Below, piece after piece: positions 11,935-23,760 of a stretch of 64,000 nucleotides of DNA; position 1 is the first letter of the stretch; every line of letters begins with the position of its first letter. The position numbers were made by a program, and so were the translations under genes. The DNA is from Hemiscyllium ocellatum (taxonomy: Eukaryota). The notes under the pieces were generated by a model. The model did not search any database, had not been told where the DNA came from, and saw only the letters and a program-made list of their open reading frames with translations. The stretch spans positions 45,198,498 through 45,262,497 of the forward strand of contig NC_083435.1 of assembly GCF_020745735.1 (NCBI RefSeq). The letters run 5' to 3'.

Positions 11935-13100
11935 CTCAGGTTGTGGATCAGGTTGTAAGTTTGCTTGCTGAGCTGGTAGATTTGTTCTCAAACATTTCGT
12001 CACCATGCTAGATAACATGATCAGTTAGCCTCCGATGAAGCGATGGTGTTCTGTCCCGCTTGCTATTTATGTGTTGTGATGGGTGATGTCACTTCTGGAT
12101 CTTTTTTCTGAGAGGTTGGTCCAAATTGATATGTTTGTTAATGGAGTTCCAGTTGGAATGCCAGGCCTCTAGGAATTTCCATGTGTGTCCTTGTTTAGCC
12201 TGTCCTCGGATGGATGTATTGTCCCAGTCGAATGGGTGTCCCTCTTCTGTGTGTATGGATACTAATGATTGTTGGTCATGTCTTTTGGTGGCTAGATGGT
12301 GCTCATGTATTATGATGGCTAGTTTGTCCAATGTAATGTTTGTGCAAGTCCTTGCAGGGTATTTTGTAAATGAGTTCATCCTGCTGGTTGTTGGTACGGG
12401 GTCCTTTAAATTCATAAGGAGCTGTTTCAGTGCGGTATTAGGTGTGTGGGCTACCATGATGCCTAGGGTTCCGGAGTAGTCTGGTTGTCATCCCTGAAAT
12501 GTATTTAATGTATGGCAGGGTGGCTCAGAGTCTCTGGGCATATTGCATCTTCTTGTTCAGCTCTGTTGTGTTGGAATAGTGGACTGCGCTTATCGTGTAC
12601 CCATTGTTCCTGAATACGTTGTATAGGTGTTATTTTCTCGCGTTCTCATATATCCTGAGTGCTGCAGTGTGTTATGGCTCACATAAATAATGTTGTGATG
12701 CAACTCCATTTGTGAGTGTTGGGACGATTGCTACTGTGGTTGAGTATCTGGTCAGTGTGTGTGGCTTTCCTGTGATGCTGGTCTGCAGCTCTCCATTGGC
12801 TTTTCATTCTACTGTGATATCTCTGCAGAGGAGGCTGTTGTTGTTCACTTCCTCTTTGGTGAACTATATACCGGTAAGAATGTTGTCTATGTTTTTGTGG
12901 ATTTCTTCTAATTTGTTGCATATCATGATGACAAAGGTCATGATGTCATCCACATATTGGACCCAAAGCTTGGGTTGGATCTTCGAAAGGGCTGTTGGTT
13001 GTAAACTCTGCAGAATTGTTTCTGCGAAGAGTCCTGATATTGAGTGATCACACAGGCGTCCCACTGATTTGTTTGTAGATCTTGATGTTGAACATGGGAA
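11935..13100 (-). mobile_element. Penelope-like element, 5'-truncated (RT C-terminus, GIY-YIG endonuclease, pLTR)
   Basis: ORF fragments QPKLWVQYVDD (RT) and HPFDWDNTSIRGQAK..FLEAWHS..SINKH (GIY-YIG C-terminus). Terminal hammerhead-like motif at ~11987-12030. Confidence 0.9.
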
Positions 13101-13139
13101 TCACCAATATTGCAGACGTTAAAACAAACAGCCCTTCCC

Positions 13140-13263
13140 ACAAGGAGAAAGTGAAGACTGCAAATGCTGGAGATCAGAAAGTGTGGTGCTGGAAAAGCAC
13201 AGCCTGTCAGGCAGCATCTGAGGAGCGGATGAATGGATGTTTGGAGCATAAGCTCTTCATCAG
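13140..13263 (-). mobile_element. Short PLE-end repeat at the centre of the inverted PLE pair
   Basis: ctgatga-a-gagc-ttat-gctc-caaa (GAAA mutated) plus the family tail. Confidence 0.7.
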
Positions 13264-13267
13264 GGTC

Positions 13268-14306
13268 CCACAATCCGACCCAAGCTTTGGGTCCACTGTG
13301 ACACCTTTGTCACCACGAAATGCAACAAATCAGAAGAAACCTACAAACACATAAGCAACATCCTTACTGGTATATAGTTAACCAAAGAGGAAGAGAACAA
13401 CAACAGCTTCCCCTTCCAAGATGTCACAGTAGAATGAAAAGCCAATGGAGAGCTGCAGACCAGCCTCTATAGGAAAGCAACACATACTGACCAGATACTC
13501 AACTACAGGAACAATCATCCCAATACCCATAAACGGAGCTGCATCAGGGCATTATTTAAAGGAGCCACAACACACTGCAGCACCCAGAAACTATGAGAGG
13601 CCAAGGGAAAACATCTGTACAACATATTCAGGAACAATGGGTATCCAATAAGCGCAGTCCGCAGATTCCAACACATCAGACCTAAGAAGACACAACACGC
13701 CCAGAGACTCTAGCCACTCTGCCATACATTAAAGATGTCCTGCAGATGACGACCAGACTACTCCGGCCTCTAAGCATCATGGTAGCCCACAAACCTATCA
13801 ACATACTGAAACAGCTCCTGATGAACTTAAAGAACCCCGACCAACAACCAGTAGAACGAATGTCATTTACAAAATGCAACAAATATTACACTGGACAGAC
13901 AGGCAGGCAACTAGCCATTCGGATACATAACACCAACTATCCACCAAAAAACATGACCAACTATCATTAGTATCCATACACACAGACAAAGAGGGACATC
14001 TGTTCGACTGGGACAATGCATCCATCCTGGGACAGGCTAAACAAAGACATATACGGGAATTCCTAGAAGCCTGGTATTCAAACCGGAACTCCACTAACAA
14101 ACATATCAATTTGGACCACATTTACCAACCTCTCAGAAAAAGAACCATAAATGATTTCACACACCACAACAGACTAAGACACGTAAATAGCAAGCAGGAT
14201 AGAACACCAGTGCTTCATCGGAGGCTCACTGATAATGTTACCTAGCATGGTGATGAAACGTCCGAGAACAAATCTACCAGCTCGGCAAGCAAACCTACCA
14301 CCTGAC
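13268..14306 (+). mobile_element. Penelope-like element, 5'-truncated; inverted partner of 11935-13100
   Basis: KYYTGQTGRQLAIRIH (YIG-like), HLFDWDNASILGQAK..EFLEAW, and a pLTR with hammerhead motif. Confidence 0.9.
14225..14266 (+). ncRNA. Type-I hammerhead ribozyme motif in PLE pLTR (partly mutated)
   Basis: ctca-CTGATAA-t-GTTACC-tagcat-GGTGAT-GAAA-CGTC-cgag. Sibling copies give the consensus ctca CTGATGA..GAAA CGTC tgag, with stem I ctca/tgag. Confidence 0.6.
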
Positions 14307-14992
14307 TGAGTATCCAATTGTCTTGGTCAGAGTAAGAGTCAGTAAGTGTCTTGTACCTGATGCTGCACTGAAAGGATGCTGAATATATGCAGAAGTTTCT
14401 GTACATTTAGATATCTTTTTGTGACCTGGTCAAAGGATAAATTAATATTCTTGACACAATTAAACAGATGGTGGGAGAGGTTTGAAACAGACACTGTTGA
14501 AATAGACAGTACTTTGGAACAACGACTCCTTTCTGAGAGCAGTGGATGGTAAACAGCAGAGTCAACTCTCAGTGTAGTGGAACCAGGTCATCTGGCTCCA
14601 TGTCTGTGTGGACACAGTGTTTGTTGAGAGAGGAGGAAGAGGTGGTGAAACAATCTTGGCATACATCACACTAGAAGAGTTTGGTGTATCTTGTGGGTTC
14701 ACTGATATTCTGGAAGGTCTGACCACTGTGTCTTGGGTTTATTCTAGAACTTTGTGAATGCATTGATGGACCAGCGACACACTGATTTGTCAGTACAGCA
14801 TTCTTGAATGGCTTCTGAATGGCCTCAGCACAAAGATCGCACTGACACGGTTCCTCCCTGTGCAAATCCTGGATGTTTCTAGAGGTTTGAAAGCTTCAGA
14901 AAACCTTTTCTGTAAATCCCTCTCTGGAACGGTGTTTGAATTCTCTGAAAGCGTAAGTGGTTTTATGAGTTTGTAAAGTCTTTGTCATGCAC

Positions 14993-15325
14993 CTTTTTTT
15001 TATTCATGGATGGCTAGGTTAGCTACATTCCCCATCTTTAATTGCCCAGAGGGCAGTTTTAAGAGTCAACCACACTGCTGTGGGTCTAGAGTCACACAGA
15101 GGCCAGACCAGGTCAGAACTCTTTCCCTAAAGGGCCTCAGTGAACCAGATGGGTTTTTCTGACAATTGACTGGTTTCACAGTTACCATTAGACTCTTAAT
15201 TCCAGATTTGTTTTTGAAATCAAATACCACACTTCCCATGACAGTCTTCGAATCCAAGCCCCAAGGCATTACCTAGGTCTCTGGATTAATAATCCAGTGA
15301 TAATACCATTAGGCCATTGCCTTCC
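14993..15325 (-). mobile_element. tRNA-derived SINE, second family, in the ZNF2 3' region
   Basis: Reverse complement of the family at 19776-22335 and 38700-38940. Shares the ctgggcaattagggatggg tail with the LINE at 57-58 kb. Confidence 0.75.
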
Positions 15326-15422
15326 CAAATGCACCTTGCACTCTGTTATCTTTCCTTCATTGTAGATACATCAGTGTTTCATGATGTCAGAAAGTTTGGT
15401 GTCACAGCTAACACTTTGATAG

Positions 15423-16187
15423 TTATCTCCTGTGAATGCGCCGATGATACAGAAGACCTGATAACTGTGCAAATCCCTTATCGCACACCTCACACTTGAA
15501 TGGCTTCTCCCCGGTGTGAGTGCGTTGGTGCTGCAGCAGTGTTGATGGCTGTGTGAACGCTTGGTTACACACATGGCATTTGAAAGGTTTCTCCCCGGTG
15601 TGTATCCTCTGGTGCCTCAGGAGATCAGAGGACCGGGTGAAAGTCTTCTCACAGACCTCACAGCGGAATGGCTTCTTCCCTGTGTGAATGCGTTGGTGCG
15701 TGCGGAGGTTTGGTAACTGCGAGAATGATTTGTGACACACCTCGCATGTGAATGGCTTTTCTCCAGTGTGGACACGCTGGTGATTCACCAAGGTCAATAG
15801 TCGTGCAAAATTCTTGTGACACACCTCACATTTGAAGGGCTTATCCCCTGTGTGAGTGTGCTGGTGATTCAGGAGAGTCGAGGAGCTAGTGAAGGCTTTG
15901 TCACACACCTCGCACTTGAACAACTTCTCCCCAGTGTGCATGCGTTGGTGCCTTCGAAAGTGGGAAGAGTGCGAGAAGGATTTGTCACAAACCTCACAAG
16001 TAAATGGTTTCTCCCCTGTGTGAAGACGCCGATGATACATGAGACCAGAAGACTGGGCAAAGGCCCTGCCACACACCTCACACCTGAAAGGCCTCTCCCC
16101 AGTGTGGATCCGTCGGTGTTTCACAAGTGTTGACGAGTGTGCAAAGGCTTGATCACAAACCTCACACTTAAATGGTTTCTCTTCCAT
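15423..16187 (-). CDS. Tandem C2H2 zinc-finger protein (ZNF copy 2): 9 fingers, 254 aa
   Basis: ATG-initiated ORF MEEKPFKCEVC.. made entirely of nine C2H2 fingers with TGEKPF linkers. Confidence 0.93.
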   Translation of the reverse strand: MEEKPFKCEVCDQAFAHSSTLVKHRRIHTGERPFRCEVCGRAFAQSSGLMYHRRLHTGEKPFTCEVCDKSFSHSSHFRRHQRMHTGEKLFKCEVCDKAFTSSSTLLNHQHTHTGDKPFKCEVCHKNFARLLTLVNHQRVHTGEKPFTCEVCHKSFSQLPNLRTHQRIHTGKKPFRCEVCEKTFTRSSDLLRHQRIHTGEKPFKCHVCNQAFTQPSTLLQHQRTHTGEKPFKCEVCDKGFAQLSGLLYHRRIHRR

Positions 16188-16660
16188 GAAGCTATCCTTG
16201 TGTTACTTTCGTTCATCAACATTTGTTCATCACTGTGTGTTTGAGGGTCCTACAAGCCTGTGGAGGTCTCCTTACATTGGAACAGCCTCTCTCCTGTAGG
16301 AATGAGTCAGTGGTTCATGAGCAACGATGAATGATTGACGCTCTCACCACACCTTGAGCTACTCACACTTCTTCCCAGTCTCACCCTGACCAATCATCCC
16401 CAGCCGAACCTTCAGAAAGGCTGGTTCTGAAGGAAGGCTCCACACCACTGACCACTTTCAGATCTGATGATATGTCAAAGTTCCTGACCTGACTGATTTC
16501 CAGATGATGCTTTCACTGTCCAACTTTGTCTGTATTGAGCAAAACTGCGAAGGGACTGAATGTCTTCCCACAGTTGTGCAGTTCTTCCTTGGATGATGGT
16601 CAGGATCTATTGCGGTGTCTATCCTCTCTGTATTCTCTGATGCAATGTGGTGCAATCCTT

Positions 16661-17625
16661 CTGTAAAACAGGAAAAGGAAACATGATTTCCTTCAACTCC
16701 CTGTCCTGCTTTGATGAATACACAGTACCATAGCGAGTGCCATCTGCTATTCCCTTTTGCGGGGAAATCAGATAAAAAGTCCTTTCCTTTTTCCACACTT
16801 GACTATCATACACCTTGTGTTTTTAGCACGGACACAGATTAGTAATCAGGAGCAGACAATGTGGCTACTTTCTCTCCTCCACCCACACCCGCCCACCTTC
16901 CGAAGGCACCATGAGGGCAGTAGAAAAAACAAGTCAAGCAGAGTATAAAACGGGCTAGTAAATCACAATGAGCTTGTATTGTGCTGGCAAAGGCCAGTTT
17001 TAGCCTGAAAATGTGCGTTTCAAATAAAAAGCACTTGGGAGAAATGTTAATTCATTGTAAATTTCAAAATTTCTTCCCTTGTATTTCAAAATTATTTGAA
17101 AAAACCCTGAGCAGGAGGAGCCAGAAGCCGAGGAAAGTGTTATTTCAATGTAGCTAATTTCTATATACCATCACCCAATGAGGTATCTGTACCTCAGTCC
17201 AGCCCGTCCAAGCAGGCAACTCTCTCTCAGAGGAACTGTATAAATTACAGTTCCCAGGATAACGGGCGGCTCCGAACACACACAAACAAAACTCAGTAAT
17301 AGGAAATCAGTAAGAATCCTAAGACACTGCACCTCTTACCAGATAACTACACCTCAACTTCTCATATTCAGGAATAAACCATCAACAAAACTCAGCCTGG
17401 AAATCAGACGGAAACGCTTCCAATAAACACACTCAATATCCAACACACAGCTCCAGTCACACAGTTCAGCACAAAGCACCGAGTAAACAGCTCTCTCAGC
17501 TGGATCTTCTCACACAGCATAAGGGACATTTCCACCCCTGACTGCCCACAGAATAGTCAGACTGCCTGAAGATTGGTGTGGATATTATGGGATACAATTT
17601 GTATAAAAGCTGCTCCTTCACTCAC
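16661..17625 (-). other. Predicted intron 1 of ZNF copy 2
   Basis: Donor ATG|GTGAGT at 17625, acceptor ttttcctgttttacag| at 16661. Confidence 0.75.
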
Positions 17626-17760
17626 CATCTCCTCACTTGGTTTTCAGTCCCTATAGGAAGTGAACCAGCTCTGGAAGAGGAAGAGGAGACAATGGGCAGA
17701 GTGGGTGGGCTCTCTGATTGACGTCTCTCACAGTCAATCCAAATATTTCTGGAGCAACAT
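17626..17760 (-). promoter_or_regulatory. First exon and proximal promoter of ZNF copy 2
   Basis: Same sequence as 5917-6045 at offset 11709. Confidence 0.6.
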
Positions 17761-18296
17761 GAGTTTCCCGAAATTTGGGAAACTGACCGAGGAAATGGAG
17801 GTGACTTTGAGCAGCAGATCAGGTGGGAATTTAAACTTGTTACTGTTCCATCTGAATAAAACCTCACTTATTGCAGTTGCTGTCTCGGTTCCCCAGTAAA
17901 TGTTTTCTAGTGCGACTAGCATTTTTCATCATGAAGGCTCTCAAACTGACAGCATCAGTTGGGATGTGTAGCCTTGGATGTTTTTAGATTGGGAAAGAAA
18001 CACCCACAGTAACCAAGGCGGTAGTTCAGAGGATTGGTCGGTGGGATCAGCACATGTACAGGAGAGCAGAACACAAGAGGGAGGGAAGATTGACTGAGTG
18101 CTTAGAGGATGTATCCAAGATTTTCAGACTGCCTGAAAGATTCAGGGAGTGTGAAGTGATTCACTCTGGGAGACTGCCTGAGTTGAGACCTGACACTTGC
18201 GTCCTGTCGTGGGGTCACCTTCTATGGAGATTCATCTCTCCTCACCTTCAATTTCTGAGCCTCAACATTCACCTCATCCAATTCCTCTCCAGGAAA

Positions 18297-18463
18297 GTCC
18301 CAGTCCATTTCCTTCTCCCAGGATGTTCCAGTCCTTTCTCCTCACCTGGGATGTTCCTGTTCATTCCCACCAAGGGAATGTGACAGACCATTCCTCTCTT
18401 CCAAACAGTTCCAGTCCATTTTCCTCTCCATGGATGTTCTAGTCCATTCCGTTCTCCCAAGAT
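18297..18463. repeat. Degenerate 28-bp minisatellite, ~6 units
   Basis: Units gtcccagtccatttccttctcccaggat, gttccagtcctttctcctcacctgggat .. gttctagtccattccgttctcccaagat (lengths 28,28,27,28,28,28). Confidence 0.8.
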
Positions 18464-19775
18464 GCCTTGGTCTACTTACCTCTGTGGTGATTCCCGCTTT
18501 ATTCACCCCTCCTAGTTTCTCTGCTAAGCTGTCCCAGGCTTAACCTTGTTTGAGAGTGATATTGTTCAGCATGCAGTACATTAGGATGACTGTGGCCATT
18601 CTCTCTCTTGCACTCTCTCTCTCTCTCTCTGTGGGGAATACTGTGATCCACCCCAGGTCTAGCCAGTACCTGAAACAGTGTGAGGATTCCCAAAATGGTG
18701 ACATCAGCCACAGAAAGAATGGATGGACCTTGTCCCCAGCCTTATCTACTTCAACATTTCCTCATAAAACAATTCTTTCATCCCAGGAATCAATCTATTG
18801 AGCGTACTTCCAGTGTAACTATACGCTTTGTTCTGTGAGGAGATTAAAACTGTACACTGTACTCTAGATGCAAGCTCATCAGATTTCTCTGCTTTTACAC
18901 TGCATCCACTTGCATCATATTTATCATCAACTTGTGATGTCATGGTGTAATGTGACTGTCACTAACAATCAAGTGGATCAAATTAGAAAGAAAATATTGC
19001 AGTTCCAAAGCTCTTTTCGCAGCCACAGTATGGCTCAAAGTTCTTTACAGGCAATGCTGTTCCTAGAGATGTAGTCCATGCTGGAACTGAGTTACAGATT
19101 GTTGATCTACACTATTGACTGAACTGCATGAATTGTTTACGAACCTATTAAAACGGCAATCTACAAAATATTAAAACCATTACATTAAAATATAGGTGTG
19201 ACACTCAGGTAATAACAGCACAGTCACAATCCTAATATCTGCCTTTGAGCCAAATAACAAATCACTACTAAGTTATAGAGATCAGAGCTTGAGTTGATGA
19301 CAGGCTCCACATTCCCATCTCACTTATGTCCTGCTATGCAGCCTGAACACTGTTGTTATTTTTTTGAGGTCAGTGCAATCCTGGCTAAAGATATTGCATT
19401 CCTTCCTCAAAAATGTCTAGATATTGCCAATCTTTTAAGTCATTTTTGTAAACTTTTTTATGGCCTCCTTCATCCAAACACTACTGTGCTAACAATTCTG
19501 GTGGACTTTAAAATGCAATGTTGTTTAAATGCAAACAAACAAATATTGAATCTCATGTGAATCATTTGTGCTTGTCTGTATAATACTTACAAGGCGACAA
19601 TACTTGCTGCATTGTCCAGTTCTATTCTGGCACCTTCCAACGTGTGAATACTCATATTAAATTTTAAAATAATTTAATGAAGAGAAAAGAATCAGACAGA
19701 ATATGAGATTTTGTCAATGTAAGTTGTTCTGATTTGAAATGCAGTGCCTGGAGAGTTGGTGAAAGTAGAATGGAG

Positions 19776-22335
19776 AAGTGATGTTATTGCAGGACTATTA
19801 ATCCAGAGACCCAGATCATGTCGTAGGGACCTGGGTTCAATCCTGCCTGGTAAGTTGTGGAATTTGAATTCAATAATAATCTGTAATTCTGAATCTAATG
19901 ATGACAAAACCATTGTCAATTGTCAGTAAAATATGATTAAGTTTAATCATGACTTAATACGTAGATAGGCTAACTGGAGGAGAAGCCATATTGGATTTGG
20001 TGCTTGGCAACAAACCAGATCAGGTGTCAGATGTCTCGGTGGGAGAGCATTTCGGTGATAGTGATCACAACTCCCTGACCTTTAGTATAGTCATGGAGAG
20101 GGGTAGGAGCAGATGGTACAGGAAAAGATTTAATTGGGGGAGGGCAGATTACAATGTTATTAGGCAGGAATTGTGGAGCAAAAATTGGGAGCAGATATTC
20201 TCAGGGAAATGCACAACAGAAATGTGGAGGTTGTTTAGGGAGCGCTTGCTGCAAGTGCTGGATTTTTCCCACTTGGCAAGGAAAGTATGGCAGGGTGAAG
20301 GAATCTGGATGATAAGAGATGTGGAACATCGAGTCAAGAAGAACAAGGAACCTTACTTAAGGTTGAGGAAGCAAGGAGCGGACAGGACTTCAGAGGGTTA
20401 CAGGTAGCCAGGATGGAACTGAAGAATGGACTTAGGAGAGCTAGAAGGGGGGCATGGAAAACGTTGGCGGGTAAGATTTAGGAAAATCCTAAGATGTGCG
20501 TCAAGAGGATGGCCAGAGTGAGGGTAGGACCGATGAAGGATATTGGAGGGAACCTTGAGTCTGGAGTCGAAAAAAGTAGAGAAGGTTCTTAATACCTCGC
20601 TTCAAGGATCCACTCATGAGAGGGGCCTTGTTATTTGTGAGGACAACATGAAACAGGTTGATGTGCATGAACAGGTTGATGTTGAGAAGGAGAATGTGCT
20701 AAATTTTGAAAACAATGAGGAAAGGTAAGTCCCCTAGGCCAGATGCAATACACACAAAGTTACTCAGGGAAGTGAGGGAAGGGATTGCTCTGCCTTTGAT
20801 GATGATCTTTGCATTCTCACTGTCCACTGGAGTAGTACCTGATGATTGGATGGTGTCAAATGTAATTCCCTTGTTCAATAAAGGGAATAGGGATAACCGT
20901 TGGAATTACAGACCATCAGTCTTACATCGATGGTGGACAAATTATTGGAGAGGACTCCAACAAAGAGGATTTATGATTATTTGGAAAAGCAAAGCTTGAT
21001 TAAAGAGAGTCACAAACCTAATTGAATTCTTTGAGGATATGACAAAACACTTTGATGAATGTACAGCAATGGGTGTGGTGTATATGGATTTTAGCAAGAT
21101 GTTTGATAAGGCTCCCCATGGTAGGCTCATTCAGAAAGTAAGGAAGCATGGGATACAGGGAAATTTGGCTGACTGGATATAGAATTAGCTGGCCAATGAA
21201 GACAGAGGGTGGTAATAGATGGAAAGTATTCAACTTGGAGCTCAGTGGCCAGTGGTGATCCACTTTGTGATTTTTATAAATAACTTTGATGAGGAAGTGG
21301 AAGGGTAGACAGGAAGATTGGTGGAATTGTGGATCGTGTGGAGGGCTGTTGGAGGTTGCAAAGGGACATTGTCAGGATGCAGAGTTGGCAGAGAAGTGGC
21401 AGATAGAGTTCAACCTGGAAAAGTGTGAAGTGATTCATTTTGGAAGTTTGAATTTGAATGCAGATGACATGGTTAAAGCAGAATTCTTGGCAGTTGGAGG
21501 GACAGAGGGATCATGGGGTCCATGTCCTCAAAGTTGCCATCCAAGTTGATAGGGTTGTTAAGAAAGCATAAGATATGTTGGCTTTCATTAGCAGGGGGAT
21601 TGAGTTTAAGAGCCATGACGTTATGCTGCGGCTCAATAGAGCCCTGGTTAGACCACACTTGAAACTGTGTTCAGTACTAGTTGTCTCATTATAGGAAAGA
21701 CATGAAAGCTTTGAAGAGGGTGCAGAGGATATTTACCAGAATGCTGCTGGACTGGAGGACGTTTCTTATGAAAAAAGGTTGAGGGAGCTAGAGCTTTTCT
21801 CATTGGAGCGAAAGAGGATGCAAGGTGACTTGATGGAGGTGTACAAGGTGATGAGAGGCATGGATAGAGTGCATAGCCAGAGATGTTTTCCCAGGCTATC
21901 ATGGAGTGTATAATTTTAAGGTGAATGGAGGAAGGTTCAGGGGAGATGTCAGAGGTAAGTTCTTTGCACTGAGAGTGGTGAGTGCATGGAATGTGCTGCT
22001 GGCAGTGGTAGTAGAGTCAGATTCATTAGGGACATTTAAGTGATTCTTGGGGAGGCACATAGATGATAGTAAAATGAAGGGTATGTAGGTTAGTTTGATC
22101 TTAAGAGTAGGATAAAAGATTGGCACAACATCTAGGGTCAAAGGGCCTGTACTGTGCTGTACTGTTCTAACTTCTATGTCTTGCAGTGAAGGAAACTGTC
22201 CTTCTTACCTGTTCTGGCCTATACTTGATTCCCGGCCCACCACAACGTGATTGACTTTTAACTGCCCTCTGGGCAATTAGTGAGTGCTAAATGCTGGCCA
22301 GTGACTTTCACATCTCAAGAATGAATTTAAAAATT
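19776..22335 (+). mobile_element. SINE (second family) split by a CR1 LINE insertion
   Basis: SINE head at 19776-19930 (gggttcaatcct B box); body and tail resume at ~22185-22335. Confidence 0.7.
19965..22180 (+). mobile_element. CR1/HER1-like LINE ORF2, degenerate and 5'-truncated
   Basis: LDLVLGN..GEHFGDSDHN (APE endonuclease end), KSPRPDAIH, PLFNKGNRDNRWNYRP, VVYMDFSKMFDK, tail ctgtactgtgctgtactgttcta. Confidence 0.9.
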
Positions 22336-22623
22336 GGCCTCATAACGGAGACCATTGCAGGATTATGGGAGAATCAGACCAAGTGGATTACTCTTCCGAA
22401 GAGAAGGAATGCACACAGTGGGCTGAATAGCCTTCCGACTAGACTGTAAGATGTTCTCATTGAAAATTATTCCTTTTTACATTCGACAAACCAATTTGAG
22501 AAGGATCATCGAGATTTGGGGCGTGAACCCTCTGAAAGCAGAATTAAATTAACCTTACATTACGCTCACATAAACTTCCCATTGTGTATAAGGGTTACTC
22601 AGCTGGTGTTGTGTGACTTTCAG

Positions 22624-22765
22624 GTGTTATATTCAGTAGAAGGGAAGAAATGGCAGAAAGTTTGTGATATCAGCCTTCGCAGCTTTGGGATGGGCAAGAA
22701 GTCCATTGAAGAGAAGATTACTGAAGAAGTTAACATCCTTGTTAATATGATTGAACGTCATAAAG
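22624..22765 (+). pseudogene. CYP2-family cytochrome P450 pseudogene, exon 3 (frameshifted)
   Basis: cag|G-V-I-F-S-(+1 nt)-EGKKWQKVCDISLRSFGMGKKSIEEKITEEVNILVNMIERHK-G|gtgag matches the CYP2 exon-3 LRxFGMGKxSIEE motif. 142 nt versus the usual 150. Confidence 0.9.
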
Positions 22766-23549
22766 GTGAGCACTTGTGAGTAAGACACACATGTGAATAG
22801 TTGTGATTAATTATTCATTTGAAACTCTGATCTGTACGAATGACTCTCACTTGAGTAAAACTATGATTTCACGAAATGCATTTGAAATGCTGATGCAACA
22901 AGTTTGACACATGTCACTAGATTTGCCAGTCTGTGTGGAATTTAAAGATGGCAATTTTTTTTATTGCACTGATACCAAGTAAGAATTAGTCCATGTGCAA
23001 TTGATTTGATGGAAGCTTCATTTGTGCCGAGTGAAAATGAGAAGTTACAGAAAGATTTCTTGCATTAGTGAAGGCAGGATTTGTATGCTTTAGGGCAGAT
23101 CAGACGACTAAAACCCAGAATCTCTTTAGCTGGAAAAGGCAGGGTAAATGGAGGGCTAGTAAAGGTGTTTAAATCCCTGAGTAGGAAGCTTTTACAGAAG
23201 AAATTTTGAAAACAAATTCTCCCTTAATTGAATGGTGAGTTAATAAGAAATGTCCATTTATGAATGTGACCAAAATAAGCAAAGGTTTTGTTCTGCCATT
23301 GAGTCTTTCATGATGTTGAATATTCTGTTGGACTGTGGAAACTGACTCCAAAACCACTTTTAAAGAGAAATGAGCACTAAGTAAAGGAAATGATACTTGA
23401 ATAATGTGAATCGTTGTTTTGTAGTTCCAGAATATGTGCAGTGGGAGAATTCGACTCCTTCAGTACAATAAATTCTGTAGTGATGGTATTTTCACTTTTA
23501 TTTCTGGTAGAAAATGGATAGGAACAGCTCACCTGTCCATTCTATCTGT

Positions 23550-23760
23550 CAGTCGAGAGTGTGGTGTTGGAAAAGCACAACAGGTCAGGCAGCATCCGAA
23601 GAGCAGGAGAATCAATGTTTTGGGCATAAGCCTGATGAAATGTTTATGCCCAAAATGTTAGTTCTCATGCTTCTTAGATGCTGCCTGATCTGCCTGTGCT
23701 TTTCCAGCACCACACACTCAACTCTGATGTCCAGCATCTGCAGTTCCTACTTTCTTCCAT
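23550..23760. mobile_element. Inverted pair of PLE-end repeats (foldback)
   Basis: gtgtggtgttggaaaagcaca.caggtcaggcagcatc mirrored by gatgctgcctgatctg.ctgtgcttttccagcaccacac; ctgatgaa at the centre. Confidence 0.8.

Noticed and set aside
18297-18463. Regularly spaced repeats resembling a CRISPR array
   Set aside because: Degenerate tandem units with no unique spacers, no cas genes, and a eukaryotic context.
18499-18943. Signal-peptide-like and Tyr-motif-like ORFs upstream of ZNF2 (also 7075-7293)
   Set aside because: Motifs are too short and degenerate, with no consistent exon structure; chance cannot be excluded.
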